Source: an uncultured Gammaproteobacteria bacterium (GTDB lineage: Bacteria; Patescibacteriota; Microgenomatia; UBA12405). From it: a DNA stretch of 64,000 bases. The notes below the pieces were generated by a model that did not search any database, was not told where the DNA came from, and saw only the letters and a program-made list of their open reading frames with translations. The translations under genes were made by a program, and so were the position numbers. The number at the start of each line of letters is the position of its first letter. Position 1 is the first letter of the stretch. Of this stretch, positions 35,671 through 44,423 are shown in pieces. The DNA is taken from positions 12,276-76,275 of the forward strand of contig CAYXDV010000001.1 of NCBI GenBank assembly GCA_964463925.1. Reading direction: 5' to 3'.

Positions 35671-36621
35671 TTAGAAGGCGGTATTCTTTGAGCAGATTTG
35701 CTGAGAACACAGAGACATAACTGATTTGTAGATGACTTCTTGTGGTTGACACTCGGTGCTATTGTAACTTGCTTCATAGCCATTACTACAAGTGTATTTG
35801 GCACCACGAGCCATAACTTCTTCCGAAGAGATGGTAGGGCAGAGATCAGTTAGATAATATTTTGTCAAACGGCAACTAGCTGATGTTATTGAAGTTGGAC
35901 TTGGAAGAGGGGCTTTGGTTGGCAATAGAGTAGGGCTAATTCCTGCTAAACAATGATTAGCGCAGATTTTAATGGCATAGTTTTTTAACTCTTCGTAAGA
36001 AGTACAAAATTGACTTTGGTAGTTATATTGATAACCATCATAGCAATTACCACTGACTTGGCTATAACCTTTTTGGTCAGCACATTCGCTTACATAAAAA
36101 GAGTTTATACCGCATTTAGTTATTGGGGAAAGAGTTGGAGTAGGAGGCAAAATCAAAGTAGGTTTGGCTAACTGGCAACTTTTGGTCAAAAAAGTTTGAT
36201 ACTGATCGCAATTTATATAGTTTGAAGCAGTAATCTGGTTATTGTCAGCAGGATACATACGGTTGCAATAGCGATCATATAGATCTTGGGCAGCTGAACA
36301 TGGGATATTTGGATTTAATTGGATGACAGTTGGCATGGGTAAAAAATTTGATTTTGTAGGTAGCGGTGCTTGAATAGGTGTACTCGCAGAATAGGGAAGA
36401 CAGCGTTTTAAAATTGGATGACAGTAGGCACTGGCACAATCACTATTTGTGGAACAAACATTAAAATTGGCTTTGCCGCCAACTTGGGCAAAATAACTAG
36501 TTTGGTCGCCTAAAACTGAACTTTGATTGTAATTTAGGTATTGAGTAGCTGCCTGGAGGCCACCTAAAGAGATAAAAGCTAGAGAAAACAAACCAAGAAC
36601 TAACTTATTTTGCATGTTCAT
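35671..36621 (-). CDS. secreted cysteine-rich protein of unknown function
   Basis: Signal peptide (MNMQNKLVLGLFSLAFISLGGLQA); about 30 Cys in a 290-aa mature region; Pro/Thr linkers. Confidence 0.6.
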   Translation of the reverse strand: MNMQNKLVLGLFSLAFISLGGLQAATQYLNYNQSSVLGDQTSYFAQVGGKANFNVCSTNSDCASAYCHPILKRCLPYSASTPIQAPLPTKSNFLPMPTVIQLNPNIPCSAAQDLYDRYCNRMYPADNNQITASNYINCDQYQTFLTKSCQLAKPTLILPPTPTLSPITKCGINSFYVSECADQKGYSQVSGNCYDGYQYNYQSQFCTSYEELKNYAIKICANHCLAGISPTLLPTKAPLPSPTSITSASCRLTKYYLTDLCPTISSEEVMARGAKYTCSNGYEASYNSTECQPQEVIYKSVMSLCSQQICSKNTAF

Positions 36622-36659
36622 AGATTAATGATGGTACAAAAAGACAAAAAAAACAAGAA

Positions 36660-37247
36660 CTAAAAGAGCAGGATCTTGGCAATAGAGCTAATAATTGGAC
36701 TGATTATGATATTTACTAAGCTGGTAGATCCAAAAATTGGTAAAAGAAATAAGAGTAAAAGTGGTGTGCTATAGGTTTGAAGAAGTTGCTTTAGGGTATA
36801 GGTTGTTTCTTCTGGAAGAAGATTTGTAACAATTTTTGAACCATCTAGGGGCCACAGGGGCAATAAATTAAAAACTGCCAATAACAAATTTATATACAGA
36901 AAGTTGATGATAAGATTTGGAAATATTGAAGGGAAGAAATGATAAAACAGGCTAGAAGTAATGGCTAAAAGTAAATTACTTGTCGGACCGGCAGCAGCAA
37001 CTAAGAGTTCATCGCGTTTGGGATTAGAAAAATTATAAGGATCAATTTGAACTGGCTTGCCCCAACCGAAGTGGAAAAAAAATAAAAGTATTGTGCCTAA
37101 TGGGTCTAGATGAGCCAGGGGGTTTAGAGTTAGGCGTCCTTGCAGGCTGGGAGTAGGATCGCCTAGGTGGTCGGCTGTCTTAGCATGGGCATACTCGTGA
37201 ATAGTTAGCGAGATTACAAGTAAAATAAAAGATATGGGATTTAACAT
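36660..37247 (-). CDS. M50-family site-2 zinc metalloprotease (SpoIVFB-like, no PDZ)
   Basis: HEYAHA is an HExxH motif and NLLPLWPLDG is the LDG motif, set in a polytopic membrane protein. Confidence 0.7.
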   Translation of the reverse strand: MLNPISFILLVISLTIHEYAHAKTADHLGDPTPSLQGRLTLNPLAHLDPLGTILLFFFHFGWGKPVQIDPYNFSNPKRDELLVAAAGPTSNLLLAITSSLFYHFFPSIFPNLIINFLYINLLLAVFNLLPLWPLDGSKIVTNLLPEETTYTLKQLLQTYSTPLLLLFLLPIFGSTSLVNIIISPIISSIAKILLF

Positions 37248-37480
37248 TTGGCAAAGTGATAAATGTTTGTTATAGTATAGCGTATGATTTTCATTCCATT
37301 TGTAGGTAAAAAAGCTGGAACTGGCCGAAACAGGTCACATGCACAGAATAGGACACCTAGAAAATTCAAAAAAAACTTGCAGAAGTCTACTTTTTTTGTC
37401 GATGGGGAAAAGGTGACTGGATTGTTTTTGGCTAAGTCCCTGAAACGAATTAAAAAAGAATCTGGCGGTAAACTCCAAAG

Positions 37481-37508
37481 ACAAAAAACCCCGTAAACTT
37501 GTACGGGG
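37481..37508 (-). terminator. rho-independent terminator for the minus strand
   Basis: 7-bp stem CCCCGTA/TACGGGG with a 6-nt loop, followed on the minus strand by UUUUUUG. Confidence 0.5.
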
Positions 37509-37528
37509 TTTGAAAAAGTTTAATAAAA

Positions 37529-37615
37529 CTATTTCTTCTTTTTCTTAGCAGCAGTCTTTTTAGCTACTTTCTTGACTACTTTTTTAGCAGCTTTTTTGGT
37601 TTTTTTGACGGGCAT
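37529..37615 (-). CDS. small 28-aa Lys/Ala-rich basic protein (missed by the ORF track)
   Basis: Perfect SD AAAGGAGG sits 7 nt upstream of the ATG. The product is MPVKKTKKAAKKVVKKVAKKTAAKKKKK, followed by a terminator. Confidence 0.5.
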   Translation of the reverse strand: MPVKKTKKAAKKVVKKVAKKTAAKKKKK

Positions 37616-37850
37616 GTGTATTCCTCCTTTAGATTAATTAAGACAAGAAATGTAGATAATGTCAAAAATAATTTAGCCATAAGATAGGAAGTAGACTGCT
37701 ATTTTAAGTACAAAAAATTAGATAATAAAATAAAAATATTTTTTCAAAAATACCTAATTTTGGGGATAAAAGTTGATAGGTTAATTTAATTTGGACAAAA
37801 ATTTTTGTGTAAAAAGTTAGTTAAATTACCTATTTTAGGTAATAATCTAT

Positions 37851-39557
37851 TTAGTGATCACGTGCATTTTCTTCGTACTCAGATAGACGTTGGGTAGGTA
37901 ATTTGCTGATATATTCGTTATATTTTTGTAAATTTTGATCGATTAATCTTCGTGTTTGAGTTAGCTCTGGAAGGAAACTATAAGCAGTTGATTGAAAAAG
38001 ATTCTTGTAAATAAAAGACTGAGGCGGTAGATTGAATTCTGCTGCTATATCTGGGGTAATAGTTTTTGTAGATAGCAGTTTGTCGATCAGATCTCTTTTT
38101 TGAGAACTATTAGGATCACCAATACTCCAATAATCATTTAATAAATTGGCAATTTGTTCGGAGGTTCCATATGACGTAGTTGACATTTTTATGCTGTGTT
38201 GAATGTTGGATAAAACATTTGCATCCCAATAGATTTTATAAAATTGATCTTTCGTCAAATCTTTTACATCGACATTGTTGATAATTGAGTTGATTTCTTT
38301 ACTTGAGTTTTCTATTAAACCTGGCCAGAGAGGATATGAATTGAAATCAAGTTTACTAATGTAGTTTGTGTCTACATGGCCATTAATAGTTGGTTTGAAT
38401 AGATAGATGAGGATGTTATCTGTAGGCAATAAATTTAGGAGAACTAAAATGGTAAAAGTGACAGGTAAAAACAATTTGGCAAACAAGTGGTGCCGAAAGA
38501 ATTGAATAAGCAACAAGATAAAAAGCCATAATAAAAACCAACCTCCCAGGATTCTGATTCTGGTTAATCCATTAAACTGGATGTATAAAAAAAGTTTGTA
38601 AGTGTTTAGAAGAAGTAAGCCTAGAGTAGAAAGTGTTAGTAGACGAGAAAGTTTGGTTTTTTGTACCTGGGCCACAGCTAGAGTTAAAACTGAGGCTAAA
38701 ATAAGTTCAATAAAACCAGATTTAACATAAGTTGAATAAGTAAAACCAGGGATGCTGGGATTGTGTTGAAAAAGCAGATAATTTAATTGAAGAGCCAGAA
38801 AGATTAGATAGACAATGGAAGCAAAGAGACTGGCCCATTGAGCCGAGAGCTGCAATAAATTCTGAAGCTGGTAAGTTGGGGTGGTTGAAGGTTTTGGCGG
38901 TTTGAGGAAATAAAGGAAAATTAAGGGACTAAGATAGAGAGCAGTAAAAATGGATCTGGCTAGCCTGGTGGCCAAATCATTTTTTAGGAATTCAAATAAA
39001 AAGTTGCTGGATTGTTGAAAAATCGGATCGGCAAACCGCAGAATACCTACGAGTATAAAAGTAAAGACTAGAGCAAGTAGAGAAGGTAGTAGATGTTGCC
39101 AAAGAGGTTTTAAGCTGCCAGAGGGGGTTGGTATTTCCAGTTTTAGACGCGGGATTTTTTCCAGAATAGTGATGGGGTTTAAAGGGAAAGTTGAGACAAA
39201 ATCGTGATAGGTTAACCAAGAGAGAATGGTGGCAACAATGGATAAAGGATAATTTAGAAAGTTGTTGATTCTGTGGTCAAAAACAGCTGTAAAAGTAGCT
39301 AAAGTCACAGAAATTATACTTAGGAAGTAACTATAGGGATGTGGCTTGGGGGCGCGAGTTAGAAAAAAGACTAGATTAAGAAAAAGAAGAAACAGGGGAT
39401 AGGCAAAGCCAGTTAGCTGGTGATAAAAGAAAAAATTGTAACCCAGAAGGAAAAGAAGAAAAGAAAAAACTACTTTAATGAAACTAGGGGTGAAGGATCT
39501 GGTAGTGTTTTTGGATGGCAGACCATTGAGTTGGTGATTTACCTTCGACTTTAACAT
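37851..39557 (-). CDS. hypothetical polytopic membrane protein with a C-terminal soluble domain
   Basis: About 12 TM helices plus about a 170-aa C-terminal hydrophilic domain. The annotated start overlaps the fmt 3' end, so the true start is probably internal. Confidence 0.45.
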   Translation of the reverse strand: MLKSKVNHQLNGLPSKNTTRSFTPSFIKVVFSFLLFLLGYNFFFYHQLTGFAYPLFLLFLNLVFFLTRAPKPHPYSYFLSIISVTLATFTAVFDHRINNFLNYPLSIVATILSWLTYHDFVSTFPLNPITILEKIPRLKLEIPTPSGSLKPLWQHLLPSLLALVFTFILVGILRFADPIFQQSSNFLFEFLKNDLATRLARSIFTALYLSPLIFLYFLKPPKPSTTPTYQLQNLLQLSAQWASLFASIVYLIFLALQLNYLLFQHNPSIPGFTYSTYVKSGFIELILASVLTLAVAQVQKTKLSRLLTLSTLGLLLLNTYKLFLYIQFNGLTRIRILGGWFLLWLFILLLIQFFRHHLFAKLFLPVTFTILVLLNLLPTDNILIYLFKPTINGHVDTNYISKLDFNSYPLWPGLIENSSKEINSIINNVDVKDLTKDQFYKIYWDANVLSNIQHSIKMSTTSYGTSEQIANLLNDYWSIGDPNSSQKRDLIDKLLSTKTITPDIAAEFNLPPQSFIYKNLFQSTAYSFLPELTQTRRLIDQNLQKYNEYISKLPTQRLSEYEENARDH

Positions 39558-40350
39558 CTAGTGGCTCTATTTTAGCATTATGTAGCTTGGAAGTAAAAAT
39601 TTGCAAACGGAGGGTTTGGCCGGCTGGGTTTTTTACCCAGGTCCAGGCAATTGGCCAGGGCTGCATGGCCCGGATGAATCTTTGGTTGTATTCTGCCGGT
39701 TTTGACCAATCGATTTTGCCTGAATCTTTGGTTAATTTTGGAAAATAAGTTTTTTGGGAATGATCTTGGATTTGTAAACTTACGGGATTGGTAAGATATT
39801 TTTTTAAAACTGATTCTAAATTATCTGCAGCCAAGGAGAATGCTCTGTCGTAAAAAGTGCTACTAGTGTCTGTTGGCAAAATCGGGAAGGGAAGTGTGGC
39901 AATAATTGGTCCATGATCTGGTAGTTCGTCGATTAGAAAAAAGGATATAGCTGAGCTAGTTTCGCCGTTGGCAATTTGCCAAGGGCCGGGAGCAGCGCCG
40001 CGGTATTTGGGCAGAGGACTTGGATGCAAATTTATGATGCCGTATTTTGGTATTTGGCACATTTTTGCAGTAAAAAATGGAGGACCATAAGCAACACAAA
40101 TAGCGATATCAGGGCAAAGATTAGTAAATACATCGATAAATTTTTGATCAAAATCAAGCGGTTGAAGTAAGGGCAGGTGGTGTGTGATAGCAAAATTAGC
40201 AACTGGATTTGGAGTTAGTATTTGTTTGCGTCCAACCGGGGCGTCGGGCTTGGTAACTACTGTTTGCAGCTTAAATCCAGGTATGGCCAAAAGTCCTTGC
40301 AGAATCTGGACTGAATAATTATTGGAGCCAAAAAAAACCAAATTGGTCAT
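39484..40350 (-). CDS. fmt: methionyl-tRNA formyltransferase
   Basis: Formyltransferase N-domain (…VFFGSNNYSV…NLHPSPLPKYRGAAPGPWQI…) and a C-terminal domain. Confidence 0.9.
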   Translation of the reverse strand: MTNLVFFGSNNYSVQILQGLLAIPGFKLQTVVTKPDAPVGRKQILTPNPVANFAITHHLPLLQPLDFDQKFIDVFTNLCPDIAICVAYGPPFFTAKMCQIPKYGIINLHPSPLPKYRGAAPGPWQIANGETSSAISFFLIDELPDHGPIIATLPFPILPTDTSSTFYDRAFSLAADNLESVLKKYLTNPVSLQIQDHSQKTYFPKLTKDSGKIDWSKPAEYNQRFIRAMQPWPIAWTWVKNPAGQTLRLQIFTSKLHNAKIEPLDVKVEGKSPTQWSAIQKHYQILHP

Positions 40351-40376
40351 TTGGATATTGTACGATATAATTTGGA

Positions 40377-40928
40377 ATGTATAAAATAGTGGTACATCCC
40401 GCGGAAGTGTTGCGAGCCGTAGCCTTACCTGTAGATTTTACCAATCAAGAACTTAAGAGCTTAATTTCTGGTCTGGTTGAAGTATTGCAAAAAACTAGTA
40501 ATGGAGCAGGGTTGGCAGCACCACAAATTGGAATTTCTAAACGTTTTTTTGCCTTAAAAGACAGTAAAACTAAACAAATTAGTGTGCATATAAACCCAGA
40601 GATTACAAACACTTTTAGTGCAGAAAAAAGGTTGTTTTCATTTGCAAATAGCAAAACTGGAATAAAAGAGCCATTTTTGGAGGGATGTTTGTCGATTCCT
40701 GATATTTATGGCCAAGTTGCCAGATGGCCAGAGATAGAAGTTAGATATCAACTTTTTAACGGAGAATACAGACAAGAGGTTTTAAAGGATTATAAAGCCA
40801 TAGTTTATCAACACGAACTTGACCATTTAAACGGCGTTCTATTTATTGACCATGTGGCAAAAAGCGGAGGAAAATTATTTAGAGATGTGGAGGGAAAGAT
40901 GGTAGAGATTGAGAATTCTTTGGGTTGA
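40377..40928 (+). CDS. def: peptide deformylase
   Basis: GLAAPQIG, EGCLSIP and HELDHLNG motifs. Confidence 0.9.
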   Translation: MYKIVVHPAEVLRAVALPVDFTNQELKSLISGLVEVLQKTSNGAGLAAPQIGISKRFFALKDSKTKQISVHINPEITNTFSAEKRLFSFANSKTGIKEPFLEGCLSIPDIYGQVARWPEIEVRYQLFNGEYRQEVLKDYKAIVYQHELDHLNGVLFIDHVAKSGGKLFRDVEGKMVEIENSLG

Positions 40929-41547
40929 TTTTGATGGCGGAATCAAACAGTTCTTTGGCTTTTGAGTAATTTTTTTGTTCAAAATATAATTGGCCTAGTT
41001 GTAGCATTGCATGGTCATAATTTGGTTTTAAACTTAGGGCTTGTAGATAATATTCTTGTGCTTTGTCTGAGTCGTTGATGGCTTTATATAGGTTGCCTAA
41101 CTGATAGGGGATAACAGCGTCGGTTGGAGCAAAAATTTGAGCAGCTTGGAGTTTTTCAATTGCTTGGCTCAAAAAGGATATGTTGTGTAGGGCAAGATTA
41201 GTGTAGGCAATAGAGGCTTGTTTGTAAAAGTTGATCTCAAAGGAGGAAACATTTTGGGCTTTATTTATGTAGTAGATTGCTAGATTAGATTGATTTTTGG
41301 TCGCATAAAAACTGCCTAATTGAATTGAAAAGTTTGGATTTATGGGGTCAAACTGAAAGGCGAGCAGACTAGAATTTAGACTGTTATCTTTTTGGCCAAG
41401 TGAGTAAAAAAAATCGGCCAAGTACCATTTGGTAACTGTCATGAGCCAAAGAAAAGTAACAATTAGGGTGATGAAGCTAAGAATTTTTTTCAGAGATAGT
41501 TGAGAGCAGAAAAAAATAAAGAGCAATAATGGATGTAGAAAAACCAA
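40879..41547 (-). CDS. TPR-repeat protein, possibly the C-terminal module of the upstream O-antigen-ligase-like gene
   Basis: Several TPR-like repeats (…AIEKLQAAQIF…YQLGNLYKAINDSDKAQEYYLQALSLKPNYDHAMLQLGQLYFEQKNYSKAKELFDSAIKINP). It overlaps the upstream gene's 3' end by 71 nt in another frame. Confidence 0.55.
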   Translation of the reverse strand: MVFLHPLLLFIFFCSQLSLKKILSFITLIVTFLWLMTVTKWYLADFFYSLGQKDNSLNSSLLAFQFDPINPNFSIQLGSFYATKNQSNLAIYYINKAQNVSSFEINFYKQASIAYTNLALHNISFLSQAIEKLQAAQIFAPTDAVIPYQLGNLYKAINDSDKAQEYYLQALSLKPNYDHAMLQLGQLYFEQKNYSKAKELFDSAIKINPKNSQSLPSFPPHL

Positions 41548-42706
41548 AAAAATTGGTAATTAAAATGCTTAGAAAAGAGGCCAATAGGGCAAAAGATTTA
41601 GTTTTAAAAAATAAGAGCAGAATCGACAAACAAAGAAAGCAATATGAAATAAACCCAAAAAGACCAGTATTGGCCAATATATTTAAAAATTCATTGTGGG
41701 CTTTGTTGTATAGAAAATTCCATTCTGAAGTTAGATTGTGGGAGGTAGGCCTAACCCAGTAATAAGTGTAGGCAAAAGTTTCGGGACCAAATCCCCAAAG
41801 AGGCGATTTTGAAAAAATAGCAAAAGTAGCTGGCCACAAATAATTGAAGCGAATGTCTTTACTGTCGGTAATATTTAGAATTTCTCCTGATTGATTGACA
41901 ATTGCAGCTGGTGATTTGGTTGGGAATAAACGATTTTTTAGAGGATTGGGAAAAGTGAAGAGAATGAGAAGAAGGAGAAGAAAGGGCAGATAAAAAGTAA
42001 AATTAAAAGATGTTTTTTTTTGGAAGACGACGGAAAGTAAAATGTAGAAAACAGAAGAAAAGCCAAGGGCTAAAAGTCCAGATTGAGACTTGGTTAGAAA
42101 AATGGAAACTAATAACATAGTGGAGAAAAAAAGACGAAAATAAATATTTTTGGTATTAGCAATAGTAATGAAAAAAATCACAATTAGATAAGCGCTTAAC
42201 CAATTGGGTTGACCAAGAGTAGAAAAAACACGTGATTGAACATCTTGTACCCAAAGGGTTTTATCGATCCCCATAGCTTGAAAGAGAGCATAAACAGATA
42301 TGAGTAGGCCAGTAAAAATAGAAGATTGAATTATTTTTTTTCTTAGATTTGGAGTTTGATGGACCACAAGAATAAAAAATAGAGTTGTAAAACAAAAGGT
42401 TGATAGAAGTCCACCGTTGAAACGGCCATAATAGCCGAAGAAGCTGGTGTATTTGTCGATAGAAAATATGAAAGAAATAACTTGAGAAAATAAAAACAGC
42501 AGGATAGGTAAGTTTAGTTTGTGAATTTTGAAAATAGGAGTTTGATAATTTATGGCTGATAGTAGATGCAGACATAAAATAATCCCTGTAAGTGCATATA
42601 TAAAATACATTTTTGGAAGTTCAAATAGCTCCGAAGAAAAGGGAGAAACTAGTAGGGGAGTTAGTCCAAAAAGTAGAATGTAGAGCCAAGAAATCATTCG
42701 TGACAT
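41477..42706 (-). CDS. O-antigen ligase/polymerase-like (Wzy_C) membrane protein
   Basis: About 10 TM helices with a large loop containing ...FSTLGQPNWLSAYL..., as in Wzy/WaaL. Confidence 0.55.
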   Translation of the reverse strand: MSRMISWLYILLFGLTPLLVSPFSSELFELPKMYFIYALTGIILCLHLLSAINYQTPIFKIHKLNLPILLFLFSQVISFIFSIDKYTSFFGYYGRFNGGLLSTFCFTTLFFILVVHQTPNLRKKIIQSSIFTGLLISVYALFQAMGIDKTLWVQDVQSRVFSTLGQPNWLSAYLIVIFFITIANTKNIYFRLFFSTMLLVSIFLTKSQSGLLALGFSSVFYILLSVVFQKKTSFNFTFYLPFLLLLLILFTFPNPLKNRLFPTKSPAAIVNQSGEILNITDSKDIRFNYLWPATFAIFSKSPLWGFGPETFAYTYYWVRPTSHNLTSEWNFLYNKAHNEFLNILANTGLFGFISYCFLCLSILLLFFKTKSFALLASFLSILITNFFGFSTSIIALYFFLLSTISEKNS

Positions 42707-42726
42707 GTGTATAATGATTGTAGCTT

Positions 42727-43353
42727 ATGGGAAAGGACAGAGGATGTGTGAAAGAAATGGGTAATTTGACAAGTTGGCAATTGGTTTTGGAACATTTGAA
42801 CAAACGAGATGCTCAGTTTTTAGCTCTTGCAGAGCAAATTGCAATAAAAAAATGTCCTTATTGGGGGTGGGTTAAATATTGGGAAACTGTTGGCGGATCT
42901 CATGCAAAGAGACCTTCTAATCTACATGAACAAGGATCAATTTTTTCTGGCAGTAATTGGTGCACCGTATCTTGTATTTTAATTAAGCGTGCTTTAGAAG
43001 AAATAGCTCCAAGTGTGGACGTCAAAATATTATCTTTTTTTGTTGACGTAAATGCAGAATTATGGAGACGCCATGGTTATGGTCCAGCTAACGTCGGTCA
43101 TAACATATTGTGGATAGGTGAAAATAATAATGGTGTCTATGTTGATCCAACCTACGGACAAATATATGAAGCGTATATTGGAAAGTTTGCTATTATCAAG
43201 CCTGAACTATTTCTTAAGTTTTATGGTAATGTACCAAGAATTAGAGATGTAACTTGGGAAAGTGATGTGCTTGTTGCGAACGCATTACGTAACGGCAGAG
43301 CTGGAGTTATGTATAAAGATTTACTACCTTTGGTAGAGTTGTTAAAAAGATAG
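42727..43353 (+). CDS. transglutaminase-like (papain-fold) superfamily protein
   Basis: Cys motif GSNWCTVSC...; His/Asp motif VGHNILWIGENNNGVYVDPTYGQ resembles the TGase-core H...W...DPT.G. Confidence 0.5.
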   Translation: MGKDRGCVKEMGNLTSWQLVLEHLNKRDAQFLALAEQIAIKKCPYWGWVKYWETVGGSHAKRPSNLHEQGSIFSGSNWCTVSCILIKRALEEIAPSVDVKILSFFVDVNAELWRRHGYGPANVGHNILWIGENNNGVYVDPTYGQIYEAYIGKFAIIKPELFLKFYGNVPRIRDVTWESDVLVANALRNGRAGVMYKDLLPLVELLKR

Positions 43354-43368
43354 TTTTCATGACTTCAA

Positions 43369-44406
43369 TTGTTATACTTCTTAGTGCAAATTGGCGAACT
43401 GATAAATAATCTTCCAAAACTTCGGCAGCGGCTAGCCGTGGATATGGGAAGTTTGCGTACTAGAATTTTATTGCGAGATAAGGGTGTGGTGGTAGATGAG
43501 GCTAGCTTGGTTGCTCGCTTTAAAAAGAAGCGCTGGATTGGAGTTAGCGCCCCGAATAGAAACAAAAATGGATTGATCGCCTTTGGTGATAGGGCAGCAG
43601 AAATGCTTTATGCACAACCCCCACACTTGGAAGTGGTTTCTCCTATGATTAGAGGAATTGTGACAGACGTAGAAGCTGGGATTTTGCTTGCTAACAAGAC
43701 CTTGTCGATGGCCATGCAAGTACCAACTACCAGCTCTTTTATTTTAAAACCACAGATATTGCTGGCTCATAGCTTGGGTTTGGCTGATGTGGAATTGAGG
43801 GCAGCAGAACATATTTGGAAAATGGCTGGAGTTGATCGAGTAGTTGGGGTGGTTGGGCTGGAAGCTGTGGCTGGTTTTTTGGAAAGAAGCCAGGGAGTTG
43901 GTCCAAAATTTTTACTGGATATTGGAGGGGAAAAAACAGAATGTGGAATAGTAACTCCAGATGGAGTAATTGTTGGGAATTGGTTAAAACACGGAGGCAA
44001 GGATATTGATACGGCTCTGGCCTATTATTGTAAAATGCGTTATAACCTGGCAGTTGGTGCCAGAGGAGCAATGCGAATAAAACACGCACTAAGTGAAGAG
44101 TCAGTGTTAATTAGAGGAAAAGACCTGGCAAACGGCTTGCCAAAAAGTATTTTGGTTAAGTCAATTGAGTTGGAAGAAGCCATTCTTTTGGAGAAAGCCA
44201 AAGTTGTTAAACTAGTTTTAGCAGTTTTAGAGAAAGCACCGTCTAATTTAAGTGAAACAGTGGTCAACAATGGATTGTATTTGTGTGGAGGAGGAAGTAA
44301 ATTGCACGAATTGGCAAGCTATTTGTCTACTGAATTGAAATTAATGGTAAATGTGATGGAGGAGCCAGAATACGCTTTGGTTAGGGGACTGTCAGGCTGG
44401 CTATAG
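43369..44406 (+). CDS. mreB: actin-like rod-shape protein MreB
   Basis: Motifs LAVDMGSLRTRIL, ...PMIRGIVTDVEA..., ...LLDIGGEKTECGIV..., ...LCGGGSKL.... Confidence 0.8.
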   Translation: MLYFLVQIGELINNLPKLRQRLAVDMGSLRTRILLRDKGVVVDEASLVARFKKKRWIGVSAPNRNKNGLIAFGDRAAEMLYAQPPHLEVVSPMIRGIVTDVEAGILLANKTLSMAMQVPTTSSFILKPQILLAHSLGLADVELRAAEHIWKMAGVDRVVGVVGLEAVAGFLERSQGVGPKFLLDIGGEKTECGIVTPDGVIVGNWLKHGGKDIDTALAYYCKMRYNLAVGARGAMRIKHALSEESVLIRGKDLANGLPKSILVKSIELEEAILLEKAKVVKLVLAVLEKAPSNLSETVVNNGLYLCGGGSKLHELASYLSTELKLMVNVMEEPEYALVRGLSGWL

Positions 44407-44423
44407 GATTGATAAACTAAGAA

